A stretch of 54,337 nt of DNA, filler included, from Sphacelaria rigidula (taxonomy: Eukaryota): NCBI GenBank assembly GCA_964200075.2. It is 5 parts of 5 records of this genome, joined end to end, with 100 filler letters (N's around TTAATTAATTAA, not from the genome) between each part and the next. Parts side by side here need not be neighbours in the genome. Positions count along the whole stretch, not along the records: positions 10,889 to 21,676 come from CAXNAA020005911.1; positions 21,777 to 32,564 come from CAXNAA020005912.1; 3 more parts are not named here. One strand, written 5' to 3'. Every line of letters starts with the position of its first letter. Positions within the stretch are counted from its first letter, which is position 1. The notes under the pieces were generated by a model. It was given only the letters and a program-made list of their open reading frames with translations, had not been told where the DNA came from and made no database searches. This document shows positions 11,238-24,541 of the stretch, in pieces. Both the position numbers and the translations under genes were made by a program.

Positions 11238-14200
11238 GTGAGGAAGCACGGATAAGGAGGATCGGACCCTCTCTGCAAATGAATACGGTCAAGGTCGCTA
11301 CACCTGAAGCTGCAAACGATACCATGGTGTGCTAGGAACAAAGCGAAGCAACACGTCGTCTTCGACACGTGCGTCTCGTTTATCATCACCGAATACGGTT
11401 GGAGAATTGTCTCAAACTAGCGGATAGAGAGCACTTGTAGCTTAAATGGAACCTGTTAGCTTAGTCGAGTCATAATCGCATGGTGTTGTTTCTATTCCCA
11501 TCAACAGGTCTCACATTGCGTTTCCGTGAATAGTCAGAACTTTTCAATCCCCTGTTCTTCGCGTCTCTTTCGTAATTTCTCATGTCAAATTCTAATGGGA
11601 GTTCGCACGACCACCCGATTAGAGCTTGTCGTTGTGCTGACCACAATCAACTTTGTCGGTGTCTCTCGTGCTTCGTTCGACTTTTTCAACGTCTGAATCA
11701 CATGTTTGGAGCACATTTTCGGTTTTCGTAACGTCCCCACCGTGTTCCCCCCACGCCTGTAGCATTTACCCCTAAGACTTGACAACACCTATTCCTTGTG
11801 GGAATAAAATGGAGTGTTTGTCAATGACTCTCCGCTACCACCAACCAGCGTCCGGCAAGGCAACGATATCCCTGAATCGGAAACTCGAAAACGGGTCGAT
11901 CCAGGAAGTCGACATCAAAGACATCAGGTACCCAAACTACTTCGGGGAGGGGAGGGTGTTGGCAGACCAGTGCGCTTATGCGAGCGTGCGTGCAAAGCAG
12001 CAGCTGGTGGTGTACTACATCATGCGAGCCGATATTGAGGAGCTTGTGAGGTGAGAACTTGTTCCTTTTTTTTGCACACCTCCCCCCGGGACGAGTCAGT
12101 GGATATCGAGGCATCGACCCCTCTCTTCCCCGGTCAATCTCCCGTGACATGGACATTCAGATTTGTGTGGGAAATGACGGTACTCGGGTGAAATTGTCAT
12201 TTGCTATACTGCGCTGCACGCGGTTCGACCGTATGTATATATGTACATATGTGAGGAAGGCATATCACTAGATTAGTCAGAGACCTACGGGGGAGACTGC
12301 CGTTCTGATGCCGAAGGAAATCCGAGGTTGGCGATGATTTCCTCTTGTATATGTAGGCAAGAAGAAGTCAGACGAGAAGTGATCGCCAGGGGCGACCAGT
12401 ACTTCGGGGGATGTTGGACCGTCCTGATATTAGGCTCTTCCTGACATTACCCCGAGTTGTCTTGTTACGTCGGCATTACAGGGTCCTCGGTAATCTGGTC
12501 CTTCCGGCCGTGTCCTACGTTGTCCCTGCTTGCGCTGGTTCTTCATACCACACCCTGGACAATATGTGGTCAATACTTGCGATACACAATAAACGTACTG
12601 CATAAAGTAAAGGCCTATTGCGCCTGCCGAAAAATAGGCGCAATAGGCCTATACTTTATGCAGTACGTTTATTGTGTATTGCAAGTATTGACCACATATT
12701 GTCCAGGGTGTGCTTCATATATGTATGGCATCAGTCTCTGATATGTCACTGCAACGAGATATCTTCCACACATACACGCGTTTTTGTGTCAATCGACACT
12801 CACCACGTGTGACAAATTTACGGAATGGCCTTGTCCCTTCGTTTTTTTTCGAGTACTCGTACGATGTAAGGGAAATGCGGGCTGTCCGCAGAGAACAGGG
12901 ACGAAATGATGACGCATTGAACGTGCTGTGGAGTACACAAGACAGACGAGATACTCTGCACGGTGTTATATCCTTCCATGATTCCGGCCGTTTTCTTCAT
13001 TTTGTGCCGTGCTGTGTTGGGCTGTGTTGTGTTGGTCTGCGTTGTGTTGGGCTACGTTGCCTTGCCTTGCTGAGAACGCCGGGCAGGTGGGCAAGGAGGC
13101 TCGGGTTCAAGTTGGGCGATGGTCCGATGCCCCGTTCAGTACTGTCCCGTTTATGCCGAGGGTGGTGTGTAAATGAAGAACAGCAGGGTCTTCCCTAGCG
13201 CGAATTTCGCAAGGTCCTCCGACCAGATGTGTTCATTTGGTTTCGTGACTTTCCTTCGTGGCAATTATGGGAGATTTTGACGTGTACCGACTACGATGGC
13301 ATCATAGGGGTACGATGCAACAGTAGCTGGGAACCGCCACCCTTCCTGGGTTGGAAGCTACGCAGCTACTCGCATATCGTAAGTTGGCCATTGAAGTGCA
13401 TCGCGCATGGGAATTCTCGGCGCCTCTATTTCGTGGTACAGGATTGTTGTGTGCCGGAACCTATGCAAGGCGAGAGATGAGCAGCGTATTTGCCCTTGAA
13501 ATCCGTCATGGCGGCCTGGCAGCTTCATATCACCCGTGACAACTCACCTACATCTCTCCAAACGAGCTACTTACTGTGTATGTTCCGTTTATATTTTCAA
13601 TTCGGTTTTGAGTTATTTTCGCCCTTATCAGCTCGAAGTGCTCGCTCACGTCGGAATCGTTCCCGTGTATGCACACCGTTCCTCGGTATTCCTTTTCGTT
13701 TCACAGCCCCAAAACACGCGCCCTAATGCTGCGGGACATGGAGATACGAATGTTCCAGAAGAGTAACGTGGACGACTTGTTCGGTGTTATCCGAGACAGT
13801 CCGTCGGGGATGGAGTGTCTCACACGCTTCGCTAGGGAGCAGCGGATGGACGGTGATGTAGTATTTTTCAACGATGTTGAGGGTAAGCGGATCACTATCA
13901 GAAATTGAAGTGTGGAATAAAGATTGCGACAGTGGTAACGTGGGGGGAGGGGGAGGGGGAGGAGTACAATACAGGGCTCTTGTACTGCACTGGCATGCTC
14001 GTGTTTGTATACCGTGAACATTTCGCTGCGTGGCTCCATTATGACCACGCTAGCACATTCACCAAACGCTCCCTTCCGCGTGGGAGGAGCACAACTGTTT
14101 CTAGCGGTATGAGAGTGCGCGACGCTCGACAACAACATTCAGCGTTACCCAACACCCTAGATACTCCACAATTGCTCTCGGTTGAGAGTCATTTTGCGCG

Positions 14201-15793
14201 CACCACTGCTCCGTCTCTCGCCTTTTTGCTGAAAAACAATTGCCCACGTGACGGGGGAAAAAAGAGTACAAGCGGACACCGCATGACCCCGAGGAGCGCA
14301 AAGCCCGTGCTCAGCGCATTTTCGACGACTACATATCACCGAGCAGCGGAGGGGCGATGATGATTTACACCTCCGAAGCTCAGCGCAAGGCGATAGCGGC
14401 GGGGATGAAGCACATTTGGGGGAAAAGCAAAAACAAACGGAAAAGCGACGAGAGTTCTATCCATCGTCGACAGATATCGGGGATTTTTTCGTGGCGGCAT
14501 GGAGGGGAAACGGGCGACTGCGAGACTGCGGCAGGCAGGAGTAGTGGCAACGCCAAAACTCAACCACGTCGATGCGGGGGGGTGAGCTCAGATGGAGACG
14601 ATGGAGAAGAGAAAAGACGTTCGGATTCTCAACAACATCCGGAACGGGGCGGGGGCGCTGTGCGGAAGGTTGAAGAGGACGACAACGACGACGAAGATGA
14701 ACGGGGGCAGCAGAGCGTAAGTGGGCGCCGAAATCCCCCCGATTTCGCAACGAATGATGGTGGCGTACATGGCGTCCCGGAAAATGACTGTGATGGTGAT
14801 CGTGGCGGTGTTGATGGTAGTGACAAGAGCGCACAAAGAGAAGAACAGGATCCGGACGGTATAGAGTATGAACGCACTTCACGACTTGATACCAGAGAGA
14901 GCATCGAATCGTTGCACGGTTCGCAAGTGTCGGCCACCTGGAACGAGGCCTCGGCGCCCGAGCATCGCCCATACTTGGACTCGAGAGCATCCGACGGCGT
15001 GGGTATGGATGGAGAGAACCCGAAAGAGGCGGCTGATCTCGAGCGAGCGTTGTCTCTGTTCGACGAAGTATTGGATCAGAACGCGATCCCTACCATACGC
15101 CAGCATAGTGAGTTTGACAAAAAAAACAAATTCAAATCGTGTATTTTCTCGAAAAGCTGCGTTGCCCGCGACAGCGCAACTCGGGTTGCCGAGGTTTTCC
15201 GTCGATGTCTGTCAGCAGTATGCACAAGACAAGCGGTTGGTTGCAGGAAGCCAGAACCAACCATTTGCTCTCCGCTTGTGCGGAATTTACACGTAGCCTT
15301 CGAAGTTCGTGATGTGTGAGCGACCATTAGAAAACGTTCGACGACCGTCCGTGTGCCCGCCCACCCGCTCCTGCCGCCCCCCTCAACCTGTTCTACGTTT
15401 CCTGCCAATACACATGCGCCATGAATATGCGGACAAACAGTCATCCCAAAGTTCCTCCAAAGCACCTACTACGAGCTATTCCTGGCGAAACGCTTTCCTC
15501 TCCTCAGCGACACCGGCAAAGACGTCAACAATGCTGACAGCAGGATATCTGTCTCGGAACTTCTTGACGAGAATACCGTACGGCAGCGATTCTTTACCAC
15601 TGACAACGCGCTAGGTGAACGTTCCGTGTCGGACGTTAACATGGTGCGGGCAAGGCATCATTCGGAAAGCGCGGCGACGGCAGTGGCGGCGGCGGTTACG
15701 GCCGCTGCCGCTACCGCAGGCGAAGGGGGGGAGATCGGCGAAGGTGGTCGGCTTAGTGTGGGTGTTGGTGGCATCATCAATAGCCAGGTGTGA
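11043..15793 (+). CDS. Partial multi-exon gene: cyclic-nucleotide-binding (cNMP) domain plus RGS domain protein
   Basis: Exons ~11043-11237, 11849-12050, 13707-13882, 14265-15107, 15441-15793, all phase-compatible. cNMP motifs LIREGD, FMIASG, YFGEG. RGS motifs GMECLTRFAREQ..DVVFFNDVEEYK, AQRIFDDYISP, SLFDEVL, IPKFLQSTYY. Confidence 0.82.
11849..12050 (+). CDS. Exon: C-half of cNMP domain
   Basis: SGKATI…YPNYFGEGRVLADQCAYASVRAK…YYIMRADIEEL. Confidence 0.85.
13707..13882 (+). CDS. Exon: RGS domain N-terminal helices
   Basis: LFGVIRDSPSGMECLTRFAREQRMDGDVVFFNDVE; GTAAGC donor. Confidence 0.8.
14265..15107 (+). CDS. Exon: RGS middle helices plus ~200-aa acidic/disordered insertion
   Basis: EYKRTPHDPEERKARAQRIFDDYISPSS…; later ALSLFDEVLDQNAIPTIRQH; GTGAGT donor. 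Confidence 0.8.
15441..15793 (+). CDS. Probable last exon: RGS C-terminal helix and tail
   Basis: IIPKFLQSTYYELF resembles the RGS 'YPRFLKS..Y' motif; frame open to TGA at 15791. Confidence 0.7.
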
Positions 15794-18700
15794 TGTCAAG
15801 GGTGCCCGTCATTTAAAAATCAAGACAGCTAAACCCCTAACGTTGACATTTGGAGTTTGGGGGGGGGGGGGGGGGGGAAGGGGGGCTGGATAGGGGTGGT
15901 GTCCAGCGAATGTCGTGCCCCCCCCCCAAAATATGCGACGTCAATGGTCGTATGACTACGGCACGGAAGACTATGAGGCCCAACCCCTCCTTCAGTTTGT
16001 GGAGGTACTCTCCAAGATTTGTTTGATAGCGCTCGCCTGCAACTGCGTACTTGGGGGTGTTATAGTATGGTATGCGAATATACTAGACTTGATCACGGTG
16101 TGAAAAACTACGTGATCGTGCCGTCATATGATGAACATTTCCGTGTCTTGGCGTGGTATCGATGATTGCCGTGATTTCGCTCTGACTAGAATATTATACG
16201 AAGTATTTCCTTTCAGTTGTCCTTTGATGCCTGCAAGCTATTGTACTGTACATGATCTTAGTTTCGTGTATGTTTAGTGTGAAGATTTACTCGGTTGAGC
16301 TCAACGCGATGTTGCAATAGTCACTCATTTTTGTACTTCAGTGTAATACATTTTTGTACTTCAGGGTGTCTAAACGTTGTAATCTTCCCCCTGGACGGGG
16401 GACGGGGTGAAGGTATCCTGATTTCCGATCCATGGATACCCTCGGTGATGTGGCTGCATCTCGTGAGTCATATCTGTGTCTTGTGTCTGTTTTCAAGTAA
16501 AACAGCAACACCGTTCAGTCACTCCATGAAACCGTAGAACACACGCTTCCCAGGCGACTTGAAAAACGTGCTCTATACGTACGGATTCACAGAGAACATG
16601 GCTAACCAAAGATGTGATGGTTGATGCTTGCCTGTTTAGTCATGCCCTCGGCTTTCGTGTTGTATGAGGACATTGTTATCCGGGAATTGTGTCGAATGCA
16701 AGTGACCAAATGATCAAGACAGTGTTCAGCGATACAACTCATAGCGTGTTGAATACACTTGCAACAGGCAGTACAGGTCGACGGATATTATTTCGTTATG
16801 TTCAGTACATGAATATGGATCACTGCGCTTAAGAAATTGGCGGTACTGTGTGCGACACAATCCGCACGCATGTATCATACAGTGCGCACCATCGTTCCCC
16901 TATGTCGTACCTGTGTCACTTTTATTCCCAAAAAATGTCAGTTCAGTAGGCATCTTGACCGTAGGAAAGTTGTCACAACCAAGTGCCTTATATTTTCGGG
17001 CGGGTGGTGAATATTTTGCCCCAGGTACACGACTTTTTGCCACTGATGACGGGAGAACAAATCCAAAGAAAACTAATCGTTGTGAACAAACGTCATGGTC
17101 TTCACACAGAAAACAATATCTACAGGAACCTAAAAGGTAGAGTCTAGTGCTCACTGCAAAAATGATGACAGACTGATCGTCGCTACCGCCGTTGTACACG
17201 CAATTGCTGCATGCATGTTGCATCTCGCGTGCGTCATGCATCGGTCGAAACCAAAACCCCCCCCCCCCCCCCCCCCCCACACCAGGACCACCCCACCCCC
17301 CCCAACGCCACCACCGCCCGCGAANNNNNNNNNNCGCCCGGGGAACCCCCAATTCGGGCGTGCCTGGGACACCTCAAGGGGGTCAGGCACGGGCCGAAAC
17401 CAGCCCCCCCCCCCCCCCCAAAAAAAAACAGAACGCGCGCCCTCAAAATCGGCAATCCTGGTCTGGGAAATATGGCAAACCCTCGGGAAGCGCGGTGGAC
17501 TACGGCATGGGGTTGAACTCCGGGCTTGCGTCACCAATATCCGAGCATCCAATAAAAAGCGGCGAAGTGAAGACGGGGAAGCAGCTGAGAAGAGCAGAGA
17601 GCGGCTACGTGACACTGGACCAAGATCGATGCGACGAGATGCTGGTGGTAGTTGCTTTTCGACCAACGGGCATTGGGTGGAAAATATGGAGGGCACGGCT
17701 AGCTATGTTGCAGGCCGCGAGGGACGCCTGCGGGCTGATGTAGCTGGAAGCACATGATTTTTATCCATAATTATTTTACCGTTGTTGTATTTAGCTCGTG
17801 CGTACTTTGATCGGGTGGGAGTCGTCAGCAGCAGGTAAACGGGAACGTTCTGGTCGCCGACGCCGTGAGACCTACGCATGAATACGTCTCAAGCAGCATG
17901 TTGACGAATCTTCTCTATACCGCCGATGTTGCACAGCTCCATTTTTCCACAGCTTGTGCCTTCGACTTTTCGCCGCATGATTTCGCTCAAAAATATGGAG
18001 GACTAGTTGGGTAGGGGGGAGAAGTGGGAGGGCGTGGCCGGGCTAACGTACGAATTACGGTATGCTTGGGATTCGATGATTTCCGCTTTTTCACTGACTA
18101 ATGACAAATACATGTACTTGGCAAAGGGGGTCTGCGGTTCTGTTTCATCCGGGGTGTATTCTGCAGCAGAAACAAATAGTTGGCGCCCCCGCTTGATTGT
18201 GCTACTTTCCCAGCGTAATACAATAGACTAGTGGTCCTGTGCATCCCATCCAGACTTGGCATATATGACATTTTCTACGTGTGGAGTGATTGATGTCGCT
18301 GCAGAAATAATTACTACTTCGGTTGTTTCGGTGAACGTGACTCTTCTCTTCTCGCCCTAACCCCGTCGCATGCCCACCATACCTCTCCAGTATCGCAGCG
18401 TCCCACCCCTCGTAAACGTAGACACAGAGCACTACCCCCCGCAATGATACTGCACTAAATGTGGCCGCCGCTCGAACACCAAGAGAGCTATATTTCGAAG
18501 GCTGCATAATCCCGCGCGAATTGTATGTCAGCATAATATATAGAAGCATCGTCATTGATAACAGCAGAGCACATATTTACCCGCTCCATGTGTCCGACTT
18601 CCTGGCGGTCATTGCTCATCATGCTAGAGAAACCCGGCGAGTCAATGCTCAAGTGCTCTCCCTTTGCTCGACGAAGAAAGTCGCGTCATAAAAGGGGAGC

Positions 18701-19204
18701 TGGTCTCACGCATCTACACATAGATATGGCTTGTGCCGTCGCGTCGAGCGCGGCGCCCGAAATCGTTCGACTCGGTCGTGCATTCCAAAAGAGCCACGCG
18801 TGACCTTCCGCCCTCTCCTTGACGCGGGCGCTCGAACTCCACCTGCACCAATGCAGTCGGGTGGGCGGTGCAAACAGAGGCAGCAGGCCGCGTCGCAGGC
18901 TATTATTGGCAAGAGTATTATTCCAGCGTTGAATGTAGGATGGATACTTTTTCCTGGCGAAAACCATCAGGAATGATGAACCCGCCTGAAACTGTATGCA
19001 CGTCGATCACTTTGCCCTAGAGGCAGCACAAGCTACACCTGACTGGATGCCATCTCTTTGATGGCGCTACAGTATTGCATTGTCACTCTGTCCCGAAGAC
19101 AACCAGCAGTGAATGAAAAAAAAAAACTTTCGGTGTGCTATACTCTCGACGAACTTCCGGGATAATGAACTCTTTCCACATCCAATACAAACCACTCTCG
19201 TCAC

Positions 19205-21638
19205 CTCTGCCAAAAGCCCGTCCGTGAATGCCTGATGGACAACCTCTCGAGCCTCGCTTTCGATCATCCGAGGCCGTTGTCGCCGCAGCCACAGAGCCGG
19301 TAATCTCATCCTTCTCGACGTCAACGCTCGTAGCAACACTCTTAAACCCGAGGCCCTAACGCTGTTACCCCCCAGCCTTAGACATCGTAGCACCCCTGGA
19401 GGCAAAATTTGGATCGCATTCGCTGCGCACTGGATGTCGCGATCGGTCAAACCACAATCCTCCACCGACAAAGACGAGAGCTCTGGCATGCGCTGGAGGT
19501 GCCTAAAAAAACAGTCCCATGCTTCGTGCGCGGCGGCAGCAACCAAACCCGCGGCGGTTGCCGGTACCGGCTCCGCGTAACTCCCCCCCGCGGGTTCCGT
19601 TTCGGTTAATAAATACGCGGCTAGTGACAGCGATCTAGTACTTCTGGTGCCGTGGTACCGTTGTCGGCCAAGGCAACAATGACTGAGGGATAGGCTGCGC
19701 AGGCGCGAGCAGTCTGGTGAGGAGAGGGATTTCGCTAGGGCCATTATTCCTCGCGGTCCCACCGTACAGCCTTGCCCTCCGATGGCCAGAGTGGTGAGCG
19801 TTGATAAACAGTGCCGATTCCTTCGCATGGCGGAGCTGAGAACGGAGAGTCCCAGATCTCCTAGAGGCGAACACCCGTGCACAATGATGTGAGTTATATT
19901 TGTTCCATGTCTTCCCGTAGCTATCTTCGCTGTTTCAGGCATTGCCACTGACAACTCATCAGTGCGCGACAAAAGAGCGCCGTCGCATGGGGCAACTGGA
20001 AGCACTTTTGTATCGAATTTGTTCTGGCTTTGTTCCTGCGCGCACGCCGCTATGTTTCCCTCCGTGGTGTTCTGTTCTTTTCGCTCTTCTGCTGATACCA
20101 CTGCTGACGTACCTCTACACTCCGAAGGGAGGCCAAGTCTCGAAAATAGGCGGCATGCGGATGCGGCGTCAAACGAAGGACTCGAAACGACCAATCTCGA
20201 GCATCGGAGTGCTTGCGCGAGAGAGGATTCGGTGGCGACTGCCGGCGGCACCCAACGCATCTGCACTCCCAACTTCCTTGGGACCAGGGTCGCGGACGAT
20301 TGAGGTGAAGGCAATGGCGGTAGTTTCTGCCGTTGCCTGCTGTCTTCTGTCTTGCAAATCTCCTCTGTGTTGCCAGGCTCCCAGCGTTCCGCCGGGCAAG
20401 ATTGCCACACATGACGACCCGGTAAGCTTGCACCAGACGCCCCTCTCGTGGAACGGCAGCATGCTGTGGCGGACAGCTCAAATACGTCTCCGTTGGTGGC
20501 GGTATCGCTTCGAGTACTCCCATCAGAATGGTCACCCTGATTTTTCACGCCGCTGGAGCTGTCGCGGCCTGGCGATGGCCGTGTCCGTAACACGTCGCCA
20601 TAGGAACCAGTATCGTCTATGCATTTAGCGTATGATCTCGTTTCCCAGAGAAAGGCCGCTCGGTTGGCCGATTCAAACCCTTCAGTGTACCCCTTGTCCA
20701 TCGGATTGTCTCTCCTGGTCACCACTCCTACCGCGCAGGAGGGGCCTTCCATTGATCTCATACCGTCATCGTCGCCCGCCAGCGCCCAGTTGTGATGGCC
20801 CTTCTTGGCGTTGCAATTTACGATCTGCGGGAAGTGCTGCCGATGTAGCCGGTCTAGTATTGCCGTCATCTGCCATCTCCCCTTACACCCCCTGAATAAG
20901 GCCTGCACGGTGGTAATAGCTTTCCGACGCCGTGAAATCCGGCGCCGGGCGAGGAGAATACGGCAGGCGCTTTGGACCGGGAGCGCCGAACTTTGGATCG
21001 CATTCAACCGCTGCTCTGATGCCTCTTTGGCGGTTGGCCCCAAGCCTCCAACATTGGAGATGGTCAACATCCGACTGTAGCGAGAATGTCGACCAGACGC
21101 AAAAGCGAGCACCGACTCGAAAAAGTGTAGTTAGTAATTAGTAGAGCTCACAGGATTAGCATTATTTTCGCACGCAAATATCCAGCAACGCGTCAGGATC
21201 GGTCGATGGGAGAAAGCAAATGAAGATCAATCGTTTACGGGAATACGCCGACGAGTGCACGGCGTGAAAAAATTTCCCTTGACCTTTCCCCTCTACTTCT
21301 GGCATACACATATTTGCGCTACCATACAGTCAATTCGCTGGCGGTGTATTATTCATCGGCTGCAGCGCTTCGCGTTTCACTTGTCAAAGTGCAAACTGAA
21401 ATCCTTGGTAACATCAGCGCATAGAAACTCCGAAAAGGGAAGAGTACCTAAGCTCCATGGCACCCGCAACGGCAAAGCGCAGCGTCATCCAACGGTTACG
21501 CTCCTTCCAGTGCCTCATGAACCGCTGAATTCGCAAAGCTGCGATTTGTGACTTGACGGCCTCTTCAAGCATGCGGGTGACTCTATGAGCTTTCCACCCT
21601 CTCTGCACTCGCGCAGCGGCCAAGCTCTCGAAGATGTA
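19205..21638 (-). CDS. Partial gene: IQ-motif (calmodulin-binding) plus RI-like leucine-rich-repeat protein
   Basis: Exons 21638-21448 and 21074-19205 (phase-2 junction). IQ-like motifs AARVQRGWK, ALRIQRFMR, ITTVQALFRG. LRRs LRSLSLSHCCLG, LSSLSVEDCGLTD, LRCLRLGGNSV. A further 3' exon may be 18985-18686. Confidence 0.8.
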
Positions 21639-21949
21639 CTACAACACGAAAATGGTGACGCAGCATGGAGGGGGGGNNNNNNNNNNNNNNNNNNNNNNNN
21701 NNNNNNNNNNNNNNNNNNNNTTAATTAATTAANNNNNNNNNNNNNNNNNNNNNNNNNNNNNNNNNNNNNNNNNNNNCGTCTCGAAAGGGATGCGTGGTCA
21801 ATGGTCAAATGACTAAGGCAAGCAACAAATGAGTACGCCCCCCCCCCCCGGTATCGATCAAAGGCACTTGCGGACGGTACTTCCCTCGAGTTTTTGTCGC
21901 ACACTGGCTAGCTCCTCAAACCTCAATTTACTGATCAACCTCATTTTAT

Positions 21950-23830
21950 AGAATCCCCCGTTTTTTTCGCCACACGATGAACAACGGTAGAGTTTTTACA
22001 ACCGCATACAACACTAATGGGGATACAGAGAGTTTCTTCTCCATGAAAATACATGTTTTCCAACCTGCAAAGCGTTTCATGCGCATTGTTTTCTAATACA
22101 AACGGTAACTTGTCGATTTCTGTTCCATTCACCACGGATTGCCTGATGCCAATCCCAGAAAAGCTTGGTATTGCTGTTCGACGGTATCTGCCCATGTTTA
22201 ACCGGACCCCAAGCGGCCACCTTCCCTCAGGTCTTGAGAGTCGTTTAAATTGGGTGGATGTAGTTGAGATAAACCAAACTGTTTAGTTTTCATACCTGTT
22301 GCGAACTTTGGTCGGGAGTAAGTACGGTAGAACAACGAACGCTAGCTATGATCGGGCTTGCCTACCGTACTACCGACAGTGTTGCGTGAAAGGCACAACA
22401 CCTTTGCTGTCGGCGGTTGATAGCTTGGGTCTAAAATGCAACGGCAAGTGGTTGACCGTAGAGCTTATCGTCCCAGCTTGCCATGCATGACCTCCTCACA
22501 TAGGAAATTTTCTGGAAAGCTACTCATACTGTACCGACGTGTTCACGCGACCAGCGTGTGTTCCAGGTTGCAGCATGGACGGACTCCCATGCGCCACGCT
22601 ACAGTAGTGGGCGGTCTAACTATTCAGCGGGGTTTGGGGGTTTTCCTCGCGTACTACTCTTCGATAGGACTCGAAAACGCTAGCATCGGTAGATTTTGGT
22701 ACAATAAACAGATCATCCTCAAAACACAGTGCCTATGTCTGTGCTAGTTGTTGTTATCGGGAGAAACGAGTGAATACCTCGTTGATTAGGAGGGTGTTGT
22801 TGACCGTGAAACACAGTTTTTCGGCTCTAGTGCAATGAGTAGGCGGAATTTCGAAATAATGAACTGTAAATTTTTTTTGAAATATGATCGGGACAGGCTA
22901 GATCGACCGAAAACACCGAAGAGTAAGAATCTAGGCTGAAACGTCTCAGGACCCCCGATTACCGATCAGCCCGTAAGTCACTCAATATTGAGTACAGATG
23001 AGTTTTTTTCTTGTAATGCGGAGCGGATACAAATATTTTTTCCACTCCGCATGTCAAGAAGGTCTCTACAAGTTTTTGATGTCTCATACATCCCTCTCAA
23101 CTGGCGTGTGGCACGCTCTTGTCGTCGGGCACCCAGAGGGTCAGATGTGTGTAACAATAACGAGGAATAACACCCCCCAAGTTCAAGCTGAATCTATTTG
23201 TTATTGCCGCACCACCGCCCTCGCTGATATGTATGTGACAGAGAACAGTAGTAACGGTGACGAGAACATTGCCCGTTTTTCGACGACATGTTCTTCAGCG
23301 CACAGAGACGCGTCCCGTTCAATAGGAGAGGAAGAGAGAAGAGCAATGCTACGGTAGGGGTGCACTTTTTTCGCGAAATTTTGTCTGGTTCAGGGGCTCC
23401 TCACTCTTCTAGACGCACAAGAATATGGGTCAGGGCATCCCCGTTTCCAGATTTATTCGGACTATATAAGTCGTGTTTTGGATGAGAGAAGGGGCTCCTA
23501 ACAGTTCTAACCTCAGAAATTATTTCTGTACCCTCTTCTCTTCTTGCCTACCGTAGCATCACTCAGAAATCGGTCTTCGCATTGGTGAGCTCGATAGGCA
23601 AGAAGAGACGAAATCTCTCCGCAGCTCGATGTTCTGGCACATGGGAAATTGGGCACATGCTGGTAAAATCCATAATGCCAGTCTCTCGAGCGATTGGTAA
23701 TCGCCGAGCGAGGACACATGAAGGATACGGGCGAGGAGCTTTCTCTCTGCCGTTGCTTCTCTCTCTGGTGATATCGTCATCGACACGCGTGTACACCGCA
23801 TTGGTTAGGTGCACCTAGCCACAGCTGCTT
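21950..23830 (+). mobile_element. Divergent copy of the 45300-46860 repeat
   Basis: Shared blocks CAACGGCAAGTG.TTGA, ACTCCGCATGTCAAGAAGGTC and ATCGTCATCGACACGCGTGTACACCGC in the same order. Confidence 0.7.
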
Positions 23831-24541
23831 GACTGCTGCGGATATTTGGGGGGGGGAGATTACTCCCCTCGGTCGTAAGTGTTTCGCGTCATCCCTGCAA
23901 AAAAGAAATGCCACTTGAAGCTCATTTCCGAGATAGACCCCATTTTCCAGGATGCACTGTTGAATGGTATTCCGTCCTCCGGAGGGCCATTTGCGAGGTC
24001 CAGATGACGAACATCACAATAGAGGATTTTTAAGCAGGAGCCGAATGGCCGCGTGTGTTGGGAACCTGCACAGGCGAGCATCGCAATACTTTCGGGCGAA
24101 AAATCAAAGGCATTTTCAGGCCCTGATGTGTGGCCTCGCTCACTCGAAGACAACAGCAATTAATTTTGGAAACCCGTATTTTTTCCGAACAATTTTGACC
24201 TCCTTTAATTCTCTTTTTTCAGAACCCCCTGTCAAGCACGAGATTTCACAAACTGCGGGTGGATTTGTTGTGGTATAAGCGAGGCAGCATATCACCGTCG
24301 GAGAGAGCATTTACATATTTTCCTAAATATTTCGATTCCCATGAAGGTTCCCAAGGCATATCCTCGAAAGCAAATACATCCACGATTTGTGAAACTCCAT
24401 CCATTCTAGATGCTCCTGACTCTGCTGGCAGTGCTCCGAGTAGTTCTGGCGATGCTTCTTTTGAACCTGATTTTGGTTGTGCTCGTTATCTTTGGTGCGA
24501 ATTTACACAATTTTCTGCGGCCAGAACGGATGAGCCTCTCT

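Noticed and set aside
293-15793. Single giant C2-C1-TM-cNMP-RGS gene
   Set aside because: The two parts are separated by an artificial spacer between size-sorted contigs
17192-17757. Pro-rich ORFs
   Set aside because: Driven by C homopolymers around an N gap; low-quality sequence
23860-24540. Degraded coding-like sequence (also 26540-27400, 46860-47235/50465-50750, 53215-54220)
   Set aside because: Probably old transposon ORF relics, but no motif could be identified by eye; needs tblastx/HMM
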